From positions 34,085 to 98,084 of the forward strand of contig CAXTAK010000013.1 in assembly GCA_964242735.1 (NCBI GenBank): a stretch of 64,000 nucleotides of DNA, in the 5' to 3' direction. Shown here one piece after another: positions 1 to 8,884 of this stretch. Under the pieces are notes generated by a model that was given only the letters and a program-made list of their open reading frames with translations, made no database searches and had not been told where the DNA came from. The position numbers and the translations under genes were made by a program. The stretch's first letter is position 1, and every line of letters begins with the position of its first letter. The DNA comes from an uncultured Quadrisphaera sp. Lineage in GTDB: Bacteria > Actinomycetota > Actinomycetes > Actinomycetales > Quadrisphaeraceae.

Positions 1-768
1 GGCCGCGGTGCCGCCGGCGTCGACCACGGCGGCGGGCACCTCGACCTGCACCTCGAGTCCCAGCGTGCCGGCGGGGATGCCGTGCGCGGCCTCCGCCGCG
101 TCAAGGGCGGTGGTGAACGCCGCGACCTGCGCGGGGTGGCTGACCTTCGCCAGCGTCACCACCAGGCGCGTCTCGTCGTCCCCGGCGCCGGTCGGGGTGC
201 CGCCGCCCTGCGCCAGGCCGGCGAGCACCAGGTCCAGGGTGCGCCAGGACCGGGCGCGGGTCGCGGGCTCCATCGAGCGCACGCGCACCCCCGCGACCAG
301 GGGGCGGGTGGCGGGGTCAGCGCGGGCCAGGGCGGCCAGCGCCGTGCCGGCGCGGCGGGCGTCGGCGTCCTCGCCAGCGCCACCCGAGTCGCTGCCGGGG
401 GTGTGGGGGCCGTACCCGTCCTCGAGGTCCAGGCGCAGGTCCTGCACCGGGCGGGTCGACAGCGCCGCGCGCAGCGGCTCCCACGCCCGGCGCACCGTGC
501 CGGGCAGCAGGCCCGTCGCGGTCGCCAGGGCCACCGGGTCTGGCGCGTGGGCCTCCAGCAGCGCCAGCGCCTCCACCCCCCACGCGGTGGGGGTGTGCGC
601 GCCGCCGACGTCGGCGGCGACGTACGCGGTGTGCACGGGGGTCACCACGCCGCGGGCCGCCCCAGCACCGGCACCCGGGCGCGGCCCGGGGTAGCGGGCG
701 GCCAGCGCGGAGTCGACCGGGGCCAGGTCCGCGTCCAGGCGGGCCAGCAGTGCGGCGTCCAGGGTCAC
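1..768 (-). CDS. Uncharacterised protein, possibly HpcH/CitE-like aldolase fold. Partial: the 3' end runs off the window.
   Basis: The minus frame stays open to the window edge with very high GC3. GTG at 768 overlaps the uricase stop (GTGA). A DLEDGYG motif resembles the D-x-ED motif of the CitE/HpcH family. The function is tentative. Confidence 0.55.
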   Translation of the reverse strand, partial: MTLDAALLARLDADLAPVDSALAARYPGPRPGAGAGAARGVVTPVHTAYVAADVGGAHTPTAWGVEALALLEAHAPDPVALATATGLLPGTVRRAWEPLRAALSTRPVQDLRLDLEDGYGPHTPGSDSGGAGEDADARRAGTALAALARADPATRPLVAGVRVRSMEPATRARSWRTLDLVLAGLAQGGGTPTGAGDDETRLVVTLAKVSHPAQVAAFTTALDAAEAAHGIPAGTLGLEVQVEVPAAVVDAGGTAA

Positions 769-1649
769 CGGCTGTCCCGACCGGCCCGGCCGGCGCGGCT
801 CACGGTGCCCTCGATCAGCCCGTAGGGGCGGTCGTCGGCGTGGAAGACGACCCCGGGGTTGTCGAGGCCGAGGGGGGCGAGGTCGACGAGGAGGTGGTGC
901 CGGTTGGGCAGCACCAGGGCGACGGTGTCGACCTCCTCGTGCGCGTCGAGGACGGCGGTGCCCATGGCGTGCAGGGTCTGCTGCAGGGCCAGGGAGTGCA
1001 GGTCGGCGAAGGCCCCCACCATCGCGGCGACGATGCCGGTGCGCAGCGCCGCGAAGTCCCACCCGCCGGTGGTCGCGGCGTCCACGGCGTCCCCGCGGTA
1101 GGTCCACGTCGCGGTCACCGACGTCGCCAGCACCCGGTCGGTGGTCTCGGGCAGGGTGGTGTACTGCTCGCGCTGGAACCCGGTGTACTCCGAGCCGGTG
1201 GTCTTGAGCAGCACCAGGTCCCGCAGCCCACCGGTCAGCACGCCGCCGTCGCGGCCCAGGTCCGCGCGAGCGGTGCGCACGTCGGCGCCACCGCGGGCGA
1301 AGGCGTGGTCGTGGTCACCGAGGCGCTCCCACCCGTGCTCGTCGACGGTGACCTCCGCCCGGACCGCTGCCGGCGCCGCCTCCAGCAGGCGGGTCGCCAG
1401 TGCCACGGCGAACTCCTCCGGCTCGCCGACGCCGAGCTCGCGGGCGGTGGCGTTCACGGCGTTGCGCTGGGAGTCCGTCGCCATGACGCCGGTGTTCTCA
1501 CCGCGGGTGTACGCCGCGGCGAACGCCCCCCGCAGCGCGGTCGTGACGTTCAGGTCCCGCAGGGTGTGCCGGGGGGCGGTGCGGTCGACGTGGACCACCC
1601 GGGTCTCGGCCTTGCCGTACCGGTCGAAGACCAGCTCGTGCTCGCTCAC
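765..1649 (-). CDS. uox: Urate oxidase (uricase)
   Basis: The translation VSEHELVFDRYGKAETRVVHV...TDSQRN...LPNRHH is typical of factor-independent uricase. The GTG start at 1649 lies 5 nt after the HIU hydrolase stop. The longer ORF upstream of it is Arg/Pro-rich shadow. Confidence 0.9.
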   Translation of the reverse strand: MSEHELVFDRYGKAETRVVHVDRTAPRHTLRDLNVTTALRGAFAAAYTRGENTGVMATDSQRNAVNATARELGVGEPEEFAVALATRLLEAAPAAVRAEVTVDEHGWERLGDHDHAFARGGADVRTARADLGRDGGVLTGGLRDLVLLKTTGSEYTGFQREQYTTLPETTDRVLATSVTATWTYRGDAVDAATTGGWDFAALRTGIVAAMVGAFADLHSLALQQTLHAMGTAVLDAHEEVDTVALVLPNRHHLLVDLAPLGLDNPGVVFHADDRPYGLIEGTVSRAGRAGRDSR

Positions 1650-1654
1650 GGGGC

Positions 1655-1975
1655 TCAGCTCCCCCGGTAGGTGGTGTAGCCGTACGGGGACAGCAGCAGG
1701 GGCACGTGCAGGCGCTCCACCGGTGCGGGCAGGTCGACGGCGATGGCGACCTCCGGGAAGAAGCCGGCGCGCCCGTGCAGGGCGTCGTACGCGGCGACGT
1801 CGAACGCGAGCCGGTGGGTGCCGGCGGGCACCTCGCCCTCGAGCAGGACGGCGCGACCGTCGACGTCGGTCGTGGCCTCGGCCACGAGCTCCCCGTCGGG
1901 GTCGAGCAGCACCACGTCGATGCCAGCGCCGGGCACGCCCAGGGCGGTGTCGAGGACGTGCGTGGACAGGGTCAC
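1655..1975 (-). CDS. uraH: 5-hydroxyisourate hydrolase (transthyretin-like)
   Basis: 106 aa ending in the family-typical YTTYRGS. The GTG start overlaps the uraD stop (GTGA). Confidence 0.92.
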   Translation of the reverse strand: MTLSTHVLDTALGVPGAGIDVVLLDPDGELVAEATTDVDGRAVLLEGEVPAGTHRLAFDVAAYDALHGRAGFFPEVAIAVDLPAPVERLHVPLLLSPYGYTTYRGS

Positions 1976-2493
1976 GGGCGCTCCCGCTCGACCAGGGCGC
2001 GCAGGCGCAGGACGGCGATCTCGCGCAGCTGCCCACCGGCGACGCCGACCTCGGTGGCAGGGTCGTTGCCCAGGCGCTGCTCGAGGGCGGCGAGCACGTC
2101 GGCGGCGCTGCGCCCGGCGGCGCGGATGAGGAAGACGTGCCCGAAGCGCCGCTCGTACGCGGCGTTGCCCGCCGCGAGGGCCCTGGCGGTGGCCGGGTCG
2201 TCGGCGACGCCCGCCTGCTCGCGCCGGGACGCCGCGGCGGTCGCGCCCTCCCCGGCGGGCCGGTCACCGATGCGCGGGTGGGCGGCCAGCGCGGTGAGCA
2301 CCTGCTCGGCCGGCAGCGCGGAGGCGGCCTGCTCCCCGGCCCGCAGGAGGTGGTCGGCGGTGGCGTAGGGGCGACCGGCGAACACCCGCTCGACCCACGC
2401 GGGCGCGTCGAGGCACGCGGCGAGCGCGGCGCGCACCTGCGCGGGATCGCCGGCGTTCAGGTGCTCCAGCGCTGGCGGGGGCGGGTCGCTCAC
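1972..2493 (-). CDS. uraD: OHCU decarboxylase (2-oxo-4-hydroxy-4-carboxy-5-ureidoimidazoline decarboxylase)
   Basis: The motifs AHPRIG...RREQAG...Y..RFGHVFLI are characteristic of the family. It is the first gene of the uraD-uraH-uox operon. Confidence 0.9.
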   Translation of the reverse strand: MSDPPPPALEHLNAGDPAQVRAALAACLDAPAWVERVFAGRPYATADHLLRAGEQAASALPAEQVLTALAAHPRIGDRPAGEGATAAASRREQAGVADDPATARALAAGNAAYERRFGHVFLIRAAGRSAADVLAALEQRLGNDPATEVGVAGGQLREIAVLRLRALVERERP

Positions 2494-2522
2494 CGGGGCG
2501 ACGCTACCGGCGCGCGGGCGTC

Positions 2523-2999
2523 GTGTGCGGGCGCGGAGGTGAGCCGGTCAGCGGGCAGGATGGTTCGGTGGGCGCTCAGGAGCTGGACGACGCGACACTG
2601 GCGTTCGCCAGCCGGGTCTTCGACATGGCCCGCGACGGGGACGACGCGCAGCTGGCCGACCTGCTCGAGGGGGGTCTGCCGGTGGACCTGACCAACGCCG
2701 CCGGTGACACGCTGCTGGTCCTCGCCGCGTACCACGCGCACCCCGCGGTGGTGGCGCTGCTGCTCTCCCGCGGCGCCGACCACGCCCGGGCCAACGACCG
2801 CGGGCAGACCGCGCTGGCGGCCGCGGTCTTCCGCCAGTGCGAGCCGGCGGTGGTCGCGCTGCTGGACGCCGGCGCGGACCCCGGGCACGGCTCCCCCTCG
2901 GCGGTGGAGACCGCCCGCTTCTTCGACCTGCCCGCCATGGCCGCGCTGCTGAGCTCGCGCGGCACCGACCGTGGTGACCCTGGGTCACCGCACACCTGA
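2523..2999 (+). CDS. Ankyrin-repeat protein
   Basis: Repeated G-DTLL-LAAYHAHP-VV-LLL-RGAD motifs. The start may be the in-frame GTG at 2568 rather than 2523. It sits immediately upstream of the catalase. Confidence 0.8.
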   Translation: MCGRGGEPVSGQDGSVGAQELDDATLAFASRVFDMARDGDDAQLADLLEGGLPVDLTNAAGDTLLVLAAYHAHPAVVALLLSRGADHARANDRGQTALAAAVFRQCEPAVVALLDAGADPGHGSPSAVETARFFDLPAMAALLSSRGTDRGDPGSPHT

Positions 3000-3071
3000 G
3001 ACCCCGTTGCCGGCGCCGCAGCCGCTGTGCTGCGATGTAGCCACCACCACTGCCGTCCCCGAGGAGCCCCC

Positions 3072-4706
3072 GTGAGCGCCGAACCCGTCGAGCGTGCCGT
3101 CCTGACCAACCGTCAGGGACACCCCGTCTACGACAACCAGAACCAGCGCACCGTGGGGGCTCGCGGTCCCGCGACGCTGGAGAACTACCAGTTCCTGGAG
3201 AAGATCAGCCACTTCGACCGCGAGCGGATCCCCGAGCGCGTCGTCCACGCCCGCGGCGCCGTGGCGTACGGGTACTTCGAGGCCACCGGCACCTGGGGTG
3301 ACCAGCCCATCGCCGACCTCACCCGCGCCAAGCTCTTCGCCGCGGCGGGCAAGCGCACCGACCTCGCGATCCGCTTCTCCACCGTCATCGGCGGCCGCGA
3401 CTCCTCCGAGGCGGCCCGCGACCCGCGCGGCTTCGCGGTGAAGTTCTACACCGAGGACGGCAACTGGGACCTCGTCGGCAACAACATGGCCGTGTTCTTC
3501 GTCCGCGACGCCCTGAAGTTCCCCGACGTCATCCACTCCCTCAAGCCCGACCCCGTCACCTTCCGCCAGGAGCCGGCGCGGATCTTCGACTTCATGTCGC
3601 AGACCCCGGAGTCCATGCACATGCTCATGCAGCTGTTCAGCCCCCGCGGCATCCCCGCGGACTACCGGCACATGCAGGGCTTCGGCGTGAACACGTACAA
3701 GTGGGTGAACGCCGCGGGTGAGAGCAAGCTGGTGAAGTACCACTGGATCCCGAAGCAGGGCGTGCGGTCCATGACCGACGCCGACGCCGCGGTCGTGCAG
3801 GGCGGTGACCTCGGCCACGCCAGCAAGGACCTGCGCGAGGCCATCGAGCGCGGCGAGTTCCCCGAGTGGGAGCTCCTGGTGCAGGTCATGGACGACCACG
3901 ACCACCCCGAGCTCGACTTCGACCCCCTCGACGACACCAAGGTGTGGCCCGAGAACGAGTTCCCCCCGAGGTCGGTCGGGAAGATGGTGCTCAACGCCAA
4001 CGTGCGCAACTTCTTCGCCGAGAACGAGCAGATCTCCTTCGGCACCGGGGTGCTGGTCGACGGGCTCGACTTCTCCGACGACAAGATGCTCGTGGGGCGC
4101 ACCTTCTCGTACTCCGACGCGCAGCGCTACCGCGTGGGCCCGAACTACCTGCAGCTGCCCGTCAACGCCCCCCACGCGGTGGTGCACACCAACCAGCGCG
4201 ACGGTCAGATGGCGTTCGCCAACGACGACGGCATCAACCCGCACATCAACTACGAGCCCTCGATCACCGCGGGCGCGCTGGTGGAGGGCGACTACCCCAC
4301 CCACGACGTGCAGGGCCCGGTCATCTCCGGTCGCCTCACGCGGGCGCGGCTGCCGCGCACGAACGACTACACCCAGGCCGGTCAGCGGTTTCTGCTGATG
4401 GACCCCTGGGAGCAGGACGACCTGGTCGCGAACCTCGTGGCCCTGATCGGCGAGGCGTCGCGGGACGTGCAGGAGCGGATGGTGTGGCACTTCCTCATGT
4501 GCGAGGACGCCCTGGGGCTGCGCGTCGGTGACGGCCTGGGGATCGGCCCCGACGACGTGCGCCACCTGGAGCCGCTGGCCACCCAGCGCCTGTCGGAGGC
4601 CGAGCTGGAGCGGCTGGGGGCGCTGGGCAAGAACGGGCCCCGTGACGTCGAGGGGCTGCAGATGACGCACTGCGTGCCGGACGAGCGCGTCGCCCTGGCG
4701 AGCTGA
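3072..4706 (+). CDS. Monofunctional heme catalase
   Basis: Catalase signatures [23 protein letters not shown] and RLFSY-D-QRYR-like ([16 protein letters not shown]). GTG at 3072 is preceded by GAGGAG. The ORF-track start at 3027 adds an implausible leader. Confidence 0.93.
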   Translation: MSAEPVERAVLTNRQGHPVYDNQNQRTVGARGPATLENYQFLEKISHFDRERIPERVVHARGAVAYGYFEATGTWGDQPIADLTRAKLFAAAGKRTDLAIRFSTVIGGRDSSEAARDPRGFAVKFYTEDGNWDLVGNNMAVFFVRDALKFPDVIHSLKPDPVTFRQEPARIFDFMSQTPESMHMLMQLFSPRGIPADYRHMQGFGVNTYKWVNAAGESKLVKYHWIPKQGVRSMTDADAAVVQGGDLGHASKDLREAIERGEFPEWELLVQVMDDHDHPELDFDPLDDTKVWPENEFPPRSVGKMVLNANVRNFFAENEQISFGTGVLVDGLDFSDDKMLVGRTFSYSDAQRYRVGPNYLQLPVNAPHAVVHTNQRDGQMAFANDDGINPHINYEPSITAGALVEGDYPTHDVQGPVISGRLTRARLPRTNDYTQAGQRFLLMDPWEQDDLVANLVALIGEASRDVQERMVWHFLMCEDALGLRVGDGLGIGPDDVRHLEPLATQRLSEAELERLGALGKNGPRDVEGLQMTHCVPDERVALAS

Positions 4707-5332
4707 TCACCCGCGGCAGCAGCGCCCGCCCGGCCATCCGCCCCTACCGGGCGGGTGACCGGGCGGCGGTGTACGACGTGTGCGTGCGCACCGGTGCCGC
4801 GGGCGGTGACGCGCGGGGGCTCTGCTCGACCGACGACCTCGTCTCCGACGTCTACGTCGGTCCGTACGTCGACCTCGAGCCCTACCTGGCGCTGGTCCTG
4901 GACGACGGGGCGCGCGTCGTGGGGTACGTCGTGGGCACCGCCGACACCGCGGCGTTCGTGCGCGCCTACCGCCGGGAGTGGATGCCGCGCCTGGTCGGGC
5001 GGTTCCCGCAGCCGCCGGCGGAGCCCGTCAGCGTGGAGGAGCGGTGGCTGGCCGACTTCCACCGGCCCGAGCGGATGCTCCTGCCCGAGCTGGAGGCCCA
5101 CCCGGCGCACCTGCACATCGACCTCCTCCCGGGGCACCAGGGGGCCGGGCACGGGCGGGCCCTGATCACCGCGTTCCTGGCGCTGGCCGCGCGGGCCGGG
5201 GCCCCCGCGGTGCACCTGGCGGTGGGGAACGCCAACACGGGTGCCCGCGCGTTCTACGACCGGATGGGGTTCGCGCCGATCCCCGTGCCGGACGCAGGGT
5301 CGGCGACCTACCTCGGGCGGGCCACCACGTGA
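4703..5332 (+). CDS. GNAT family N-acetyltransferase (start proposed at CTG 4703; the first canonical start is GTG 4769)
   Basis: The [15 protein letters not shown]...NA.AFY..MGF pattern is GNAT-like. The high-GC3 sequence [12 protein letters not shown] lies upstream of GTG 4769. It has no ATG/GTG/TTG back to the in-frame stop at 4643. Confidence 0.75.
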   Translation: MITRGSSARPAIRPYRAGDRAAVYDVCVRTGAAGGDARGLCSTDDLVSDVYVGPYVDLEPYLALVLDDGARVVGYVVGTADTAAFVRAYRREWMPRLVGRFPQPPAEPVSVEERWLADFHRPERMLLPELEAHPAHLHIDLLPGHQGAGHGRALITAFLALAARAGAPAVHLAVGNANTGARAFYDRMGFAPIPVPDAGSATYLGRATT

Positions 5333-5967
5333 CGGCCGGTGCGGGGTCCTTCTTCCCCGAGGTGCCCGACCGGCCGGGGGTCGACGACGACCACGACTCC
5401 CCGATCGCGTCCCCGGCGTGGCAGGGGCCGCCGCGGCACGTGCGCCCGGGTGTCGCCGAGCTGTCCGAGATCATGGGCCGCTCGGAGACCACCGTCGTGC
5501 TGCTGGAGGGCGCCCGGGCCCACCCGGAGGGCGTGGTCCTGCGCCTGGTGGTGGTCGTGCGCGAGACCGGTCGGGAGGCGCGGCGCCGCCTGTCCTCCCA
5601 CCTGGAGCGCGTGCACGGCCGCGGCCAGCTGGACCTGTGGCTGCCACCCGGGGGCCTGCGGTGGGGCGTGCAGCTGGCCGACGGGCGGCGGGTGACCAGC
5701 CTGGACGAGTCGCCGTGGGCGCTGCTCCCCGACGGTGCCGACCCGGCGGACTGGACGCCGGACCACCCCGTCCTGGAGGGGCTGGGGCGGCCGAGTGCTC
5801 GCGCGGACACCTGGTCGCGGGAGGTGTGGCTGTGGCCCCTGCCCCCACCGGGTCTGGTGCGGGTGGTGTGCGCGTGGGAGGACCGCGGCATCGCCGAGAC
5901 CGACGTCCAGGTCGACGCCGGCCCCCTGCGCGCGGCGGCGTCGCGGGCGGAGCCGCTGTGGGTGTGA
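5329..5967 (+). CDS. Hypothetical protein
   Basis: The GTG start overlaps the GNAT stop (GTGA). GC3 is strong and the amino-acid composition is balanced. I recognise no motif. Confidence 0.6.
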   Translation: MTAGAGSFFPEVPDRPGVDDDHDSPIASPAWQGPPRHVRPGVAELSEIMGRSETTVVLLEGARAHPEGVVLRLVVVVRETGREARRRLSSHLERVHGRGQLDLWLPPGGLRWGVQLADGRRVTSLDESPWALLPDGADPADWTPDHPVLEGLGRPSARADTWSREVWLWPLPPPGLVRVVCAWEDRGIAETDVQVDAGPLRAAASRAEPLWV

Positions 5968-6189
5968 GCGGGCAGTCATCGCCACGCGCCACCCATGACG
6001 TCGGGGTCGCCCGGGTCGGCGAAGGTGGCGGCGAGGGACGCCAGGTGCGTGGAGTCGACCGCTCGACCGATCTGGCCGCGTCCTGGACCAGGGGCCGGCG
6101 TACGCAGTCGCTGCGCGAGAGGTCGAGGCGGGCGGCGCACGCGTCCGCGGCGGCCACGCACGCAGGGACCACAGCGAGACGACTAGCCA

Positions 6190-6585
6190 GGTGGTCACCA
6201 CGAAGCCGGCCAGGGCCGCGACCAGCACCACGGGGGCCAGTGCACCGGCGTCCACCGACCGCACCCCGAGGGGTGCGATGGCCGGGCCCAGGGCTGCGGG
6301 GATCCCGTGAGTGACACCCGTCCACCACGCCAGCGCGCGGAAGCGCCCCGCCAGCCGCTCCTCGTGCAGCTCGGTCGCTGCCGTGGCCACCGCCACGCAG
6401 ACGAGGACGACGGTGACCGCCCCGGCAGCGGCGTCGAGGGCGACGACGACACCCTGCACGCCCGTGGGCGCGACCACTGCCGTGGTGGACGACCCCACGT
6501 CGGAGGTGGTCGTGACGAGCGGGTGGACCAGGACGTCGAACCCGCCCATCCGCAAGTCGGCCAGGACGAGCACCGGGCCGGTCAC
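6190..6585 (-). CDS. Hypothetical membrane protein (3' end unresolved)
   Basis: Hydrophobic helices (VVLVCVAVATAA, LAPVVLVAALAGFVVTTWLVV) in a high-GC3 frame. Downstream, the coding signal appears to move to other frames before a stop at 5976. Confidence 0.4.
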
Positions 6586-6728
6586 GAGCAGCCCGACCGC
6601 AGGCGGGGTCTGCGTCGCGGGCCCGGTACGCGTCGCGCTCGTACCGCCTCACCGCAGGGCGTGCGCTCGGCCGCCGCGCCAGCGAGGAGATCAGTCCTCG
6701 GCGCCTGTCGAGCTGCCACGCTGTCGCG

Positions 6729-7361
6729 GTGCTCACCGCCTGCGTCAACGGTGCCCGGCGCCCCGAGGGGCACCCGGCGTTGCCCATCTCACCGCAGGAG
6801 CTGGCGCGGGACGCCGCCACCCTCGCCGGCCTCGGTGTCGCCGATGTGCACCTGCACGTCAAGGATGAGCAGGGCGAGGACGTCGTGGACGCCGCGACGC
6901 TGGGCGCGGTGATCGCGGCGGTCTGCTCGGTCGCACCGAGTACCCGGATCGGGGTGACCCCCGGCGCTTGGGCCCAGCCGGACCCCGGCGCACGGCTCGC
7001 CGCCGTCCGCGCCTGGGCCGACCTGCCGCACCGCCACCGGTGCTCGCGGGTCCCGGTCGATGTCGCCGACGGGCTGGACGCTGCTGCGGCCACGGCCGAG
7101 GCGGACCTCTTGATCGACCTCGTCGACCAGGCTCAGCACGCGGGCGTCGCGGGGGCGCCGGTGCTGCTGCACGGCGAGGGCTCCAGCGCCTGGCCGATCC
7201 TGGAGCTGGCGGGCCGCCGCGGCTTCGCCACGCGCATCGGCCTCGAGGCCGTCCTCGTGCTCCCGGACGACTCCCCCGCCCCCGACGACGCCGCCCTGGT
7301 GCGCGCGGCCCGAGGGCTCCTGGGCCACCGAGCCGGGCCTGCTGATCGCTGCCACCACTGA
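6729..7361 (+). CDS. DUF849 / 3-keto-5-aminohexanoate cleavage (BKACE) family protein, shorter than typical
   Basis: The N-terminus LTACVNGAR..EGHPALPISPQELA...VHLHV and the C-terminus LLHGEGSSAWP...RIGLE..L.LPD fit the family. The central region looks shortened. Confidence 0.55.
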   Translation: MLTACVNGARRPEGHPALPISPQELARDAATLAGLGVADVHLHVKDEQGEDVVDAATLGAVIAAVCSVAPSTRIGVTPGAWAQPDPGARLAAVRAWADLPHRHRCSRVPVDVADGLDAAAATAEADLLIDLVDQAQHAGVAGAPVLLHGEGSSAWPILELAGRRGFATRIGLEAVLVLPDDSPAPDDAALVRAARGLLGHRAGPADRCHH

Positions 7362-7439
7362 TCGGCGCTGTGAGGCGACCCCCGGCGTCAAGGCCGACTC
7401 AGGAGCAGTGCGGGTCCCAGCAGGAGTGGGCGACCGCCC

Positions 7440-8009
7440 TCAGGCCGGCGCTGACGGCGCGTAGCGCAGCAGGACCACCCCGTTGCCGAAGGTGCGGCTC
7501 TCCACGAGGTCGAGGTCGAGGTGGGCGTCGTCGGCGAACGATCGCCGCCCCCGCCCCATCACCACGGGGTGGACGTAGAGCCGGAACTCATCGACGAGGC
7601 CGTGGCGGATGGAGGTCGCCGCGAGGTCCGCGCCGCCGAGGGCCATGTCACCGCCCGGCTCCTCCTCCAGGGCACACAGCGCCGCGGGGTCGACCGCGCG
7701 CTCGATCCTCGCGCCCGGCCCGACCTCGACCAGCGTGCGCGAGTACACGATCTTCGGCGTCCTGCGCCAGATGCCGGCGAACTCGCGCACCGTCGGCGGG
7801 TGCTGCGGGTCCTGGTCGGCGGTCGACCAGAAGCCCTCCATCAGCTCGTAGGAGCGCCGCCCCTCGAGGAAGGCGGCCATGTCGCCCAGCCGGTCGTTGA
7901 AGTGCTGGTGCAGCTCCTCGTCCACCCGGCCCCAGCTGATGTCGCCGTCTGGACCCTCGAAGAAGCCGTCGGCGGACACCGACATGGACAGCACGATCCG
8001 TCGCGTCAC
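7440..8009 (-). CDS. Dihydrofolate reductase family protein (RibD C-terminal domain type)
   Basis: The pattern RRIVLSMSVSADGFFEGPDGDISW...LGGADLA...GLVDEFRLYVHPVV.G.G is typical of this family. Confidence 0.85.
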   Translation of the reverse strand: MTRRIVLSMSVSADGFFEGPDGDISWGRVDEELHQHFNDRLGDMAAFLEGRRSYELMEGFWSTADQDPQHPPTVREFAGIWRRTPKIVYSRTLVEVGPGARIERAVDPAALCALEEEPGGDMALGGADLAATSIRHGLVDEFRLYVHPVVMGRGRRSFADDAHLDLDLVESRTFGNGVVLLRYAPSAPA

Positions 8010-8116
8010 GGGCGTGGACCGCAGCGCCGCGCCGCCTGGCGGCTCCCCGGAGCGAGCGACCCTGCGTGCTCGTCGCCAGTGTGGCCAAGCTTGGCCAAGC
8101 CGAGCACCGTTGGTCC

Positions 8117-8365
8117 GTGCTCGTCAACGACGGCCAGGCCAAGACGGACCTGTCGAAACTGCTCGCGCGCGTCGAGGCTGGTGAGGACGTCGGGATCGCC
8201 CGTCACGGTGTTCCCGTGGCACGGCTGGTCAAGATCGAGGTGTCCCCGTCGGCTGGGCAGACGTTCCTCGCCGCCCGCGGCTCGCTCGCCGGCCACATCG
8301 TCATGGGGGACGACTTCGAGTTCACCGCCGCAGAGCTCGACGACATCCCGGACGAGCCCTCGTGA
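8117..8365 (+). CDS. vapB: Type II antitoxin (Phd/YefM-like) paired with a PIN toxin
   Basis: AKTDLSKLLARVEAGEDVGIARHGVPVARLV is the classic antitoxin N-terminus. Its stop overlaps the vapC start. The start may be as early as 8066. Confidence 0.85.
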   Translation: MLVNDGQAKTDLSKLLARVEAGEDVGIARHGVPVARLVKIEVSPSAGQTFLAARGSLAGHIVMGDDFEFTAAELDDIPDEPS

Positions 8366-8739
8366 GGCTGCTGCTGGACACGCACGTCGTGCTCTGGGAG
8401 CTGGGAGGATCGCGGGAGGTGTCGCGCGCGGCGCAGGAAGCGATCGAGCGCGCATCGGAGCTCCTGTTCAGCGTCGTGTCCTTCGCGGAGATCGGCGTCG
8501 AGGTCGCGGTCGGCAAGCTGTCAGTGCCGCAGGACCTGCGTGAGCACGTGCGGCGGAGCGGCGTGCGGATCCTTCCGCTCGAGGCGGATCACGGTCTCGC
8601 GGTGGCGGACCTGCCCATGCACCACCGTGACCCCTTCGACCGGCTGCTCATCGCCCAGGCCCGCTCCGAGCGGCTGACCATCGTCTCTGCGGACGCTCGC
8701 ATGGCGGACTACGACGTGCGACTCATCGACGCCGGCTGA
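8362..8739 (+). CDS. vapC: PIN-domain ribonuclease toxin VapC
   Basis: LLLDTHVVLW at the N-terminus and HRDPFDRLLIAQA...T.D near the C-terminus are PIN acidic-residue motifs. GTGA overlap with the antitoxin. Confidence 0.9.
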   Translation: MRLLLDTHVVLWELGGSREVSRAAQEAIERASELLFSVVSFAEIGVEVAVGKLSVPQDLREHVRRSGVRILPLEADHGLAVADLPMHHRDPFDRLLIAQARSERLTIVSADARMADYDVRLIDAG

Positions 8740-8884
8740 CCCGTCAGGACGGCGCTCGGCGCTGTTCCGGATGGGCGGACCGCCCGACAGCGGCGCTCCG
8801 GTCCTGCTCGGTCGCGTGCGCCGGCCCGCAGCGGTCAGGGAGATCGGTCTCCGCGAGTCGCCGAGCACCTGGGACAGCCTCGGC

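Noticed and set aside
8066-8739. The vapBC pair plus the adjacent broken glycosyltransferase as the edge of a genomic island or prophage remnant.
   Set aside because: There is no integrase, transposase, tRNA attachment site, flanking direct repeats or composition shift. vapBC modules are commonly solitary in actinobacterial chromosomes.
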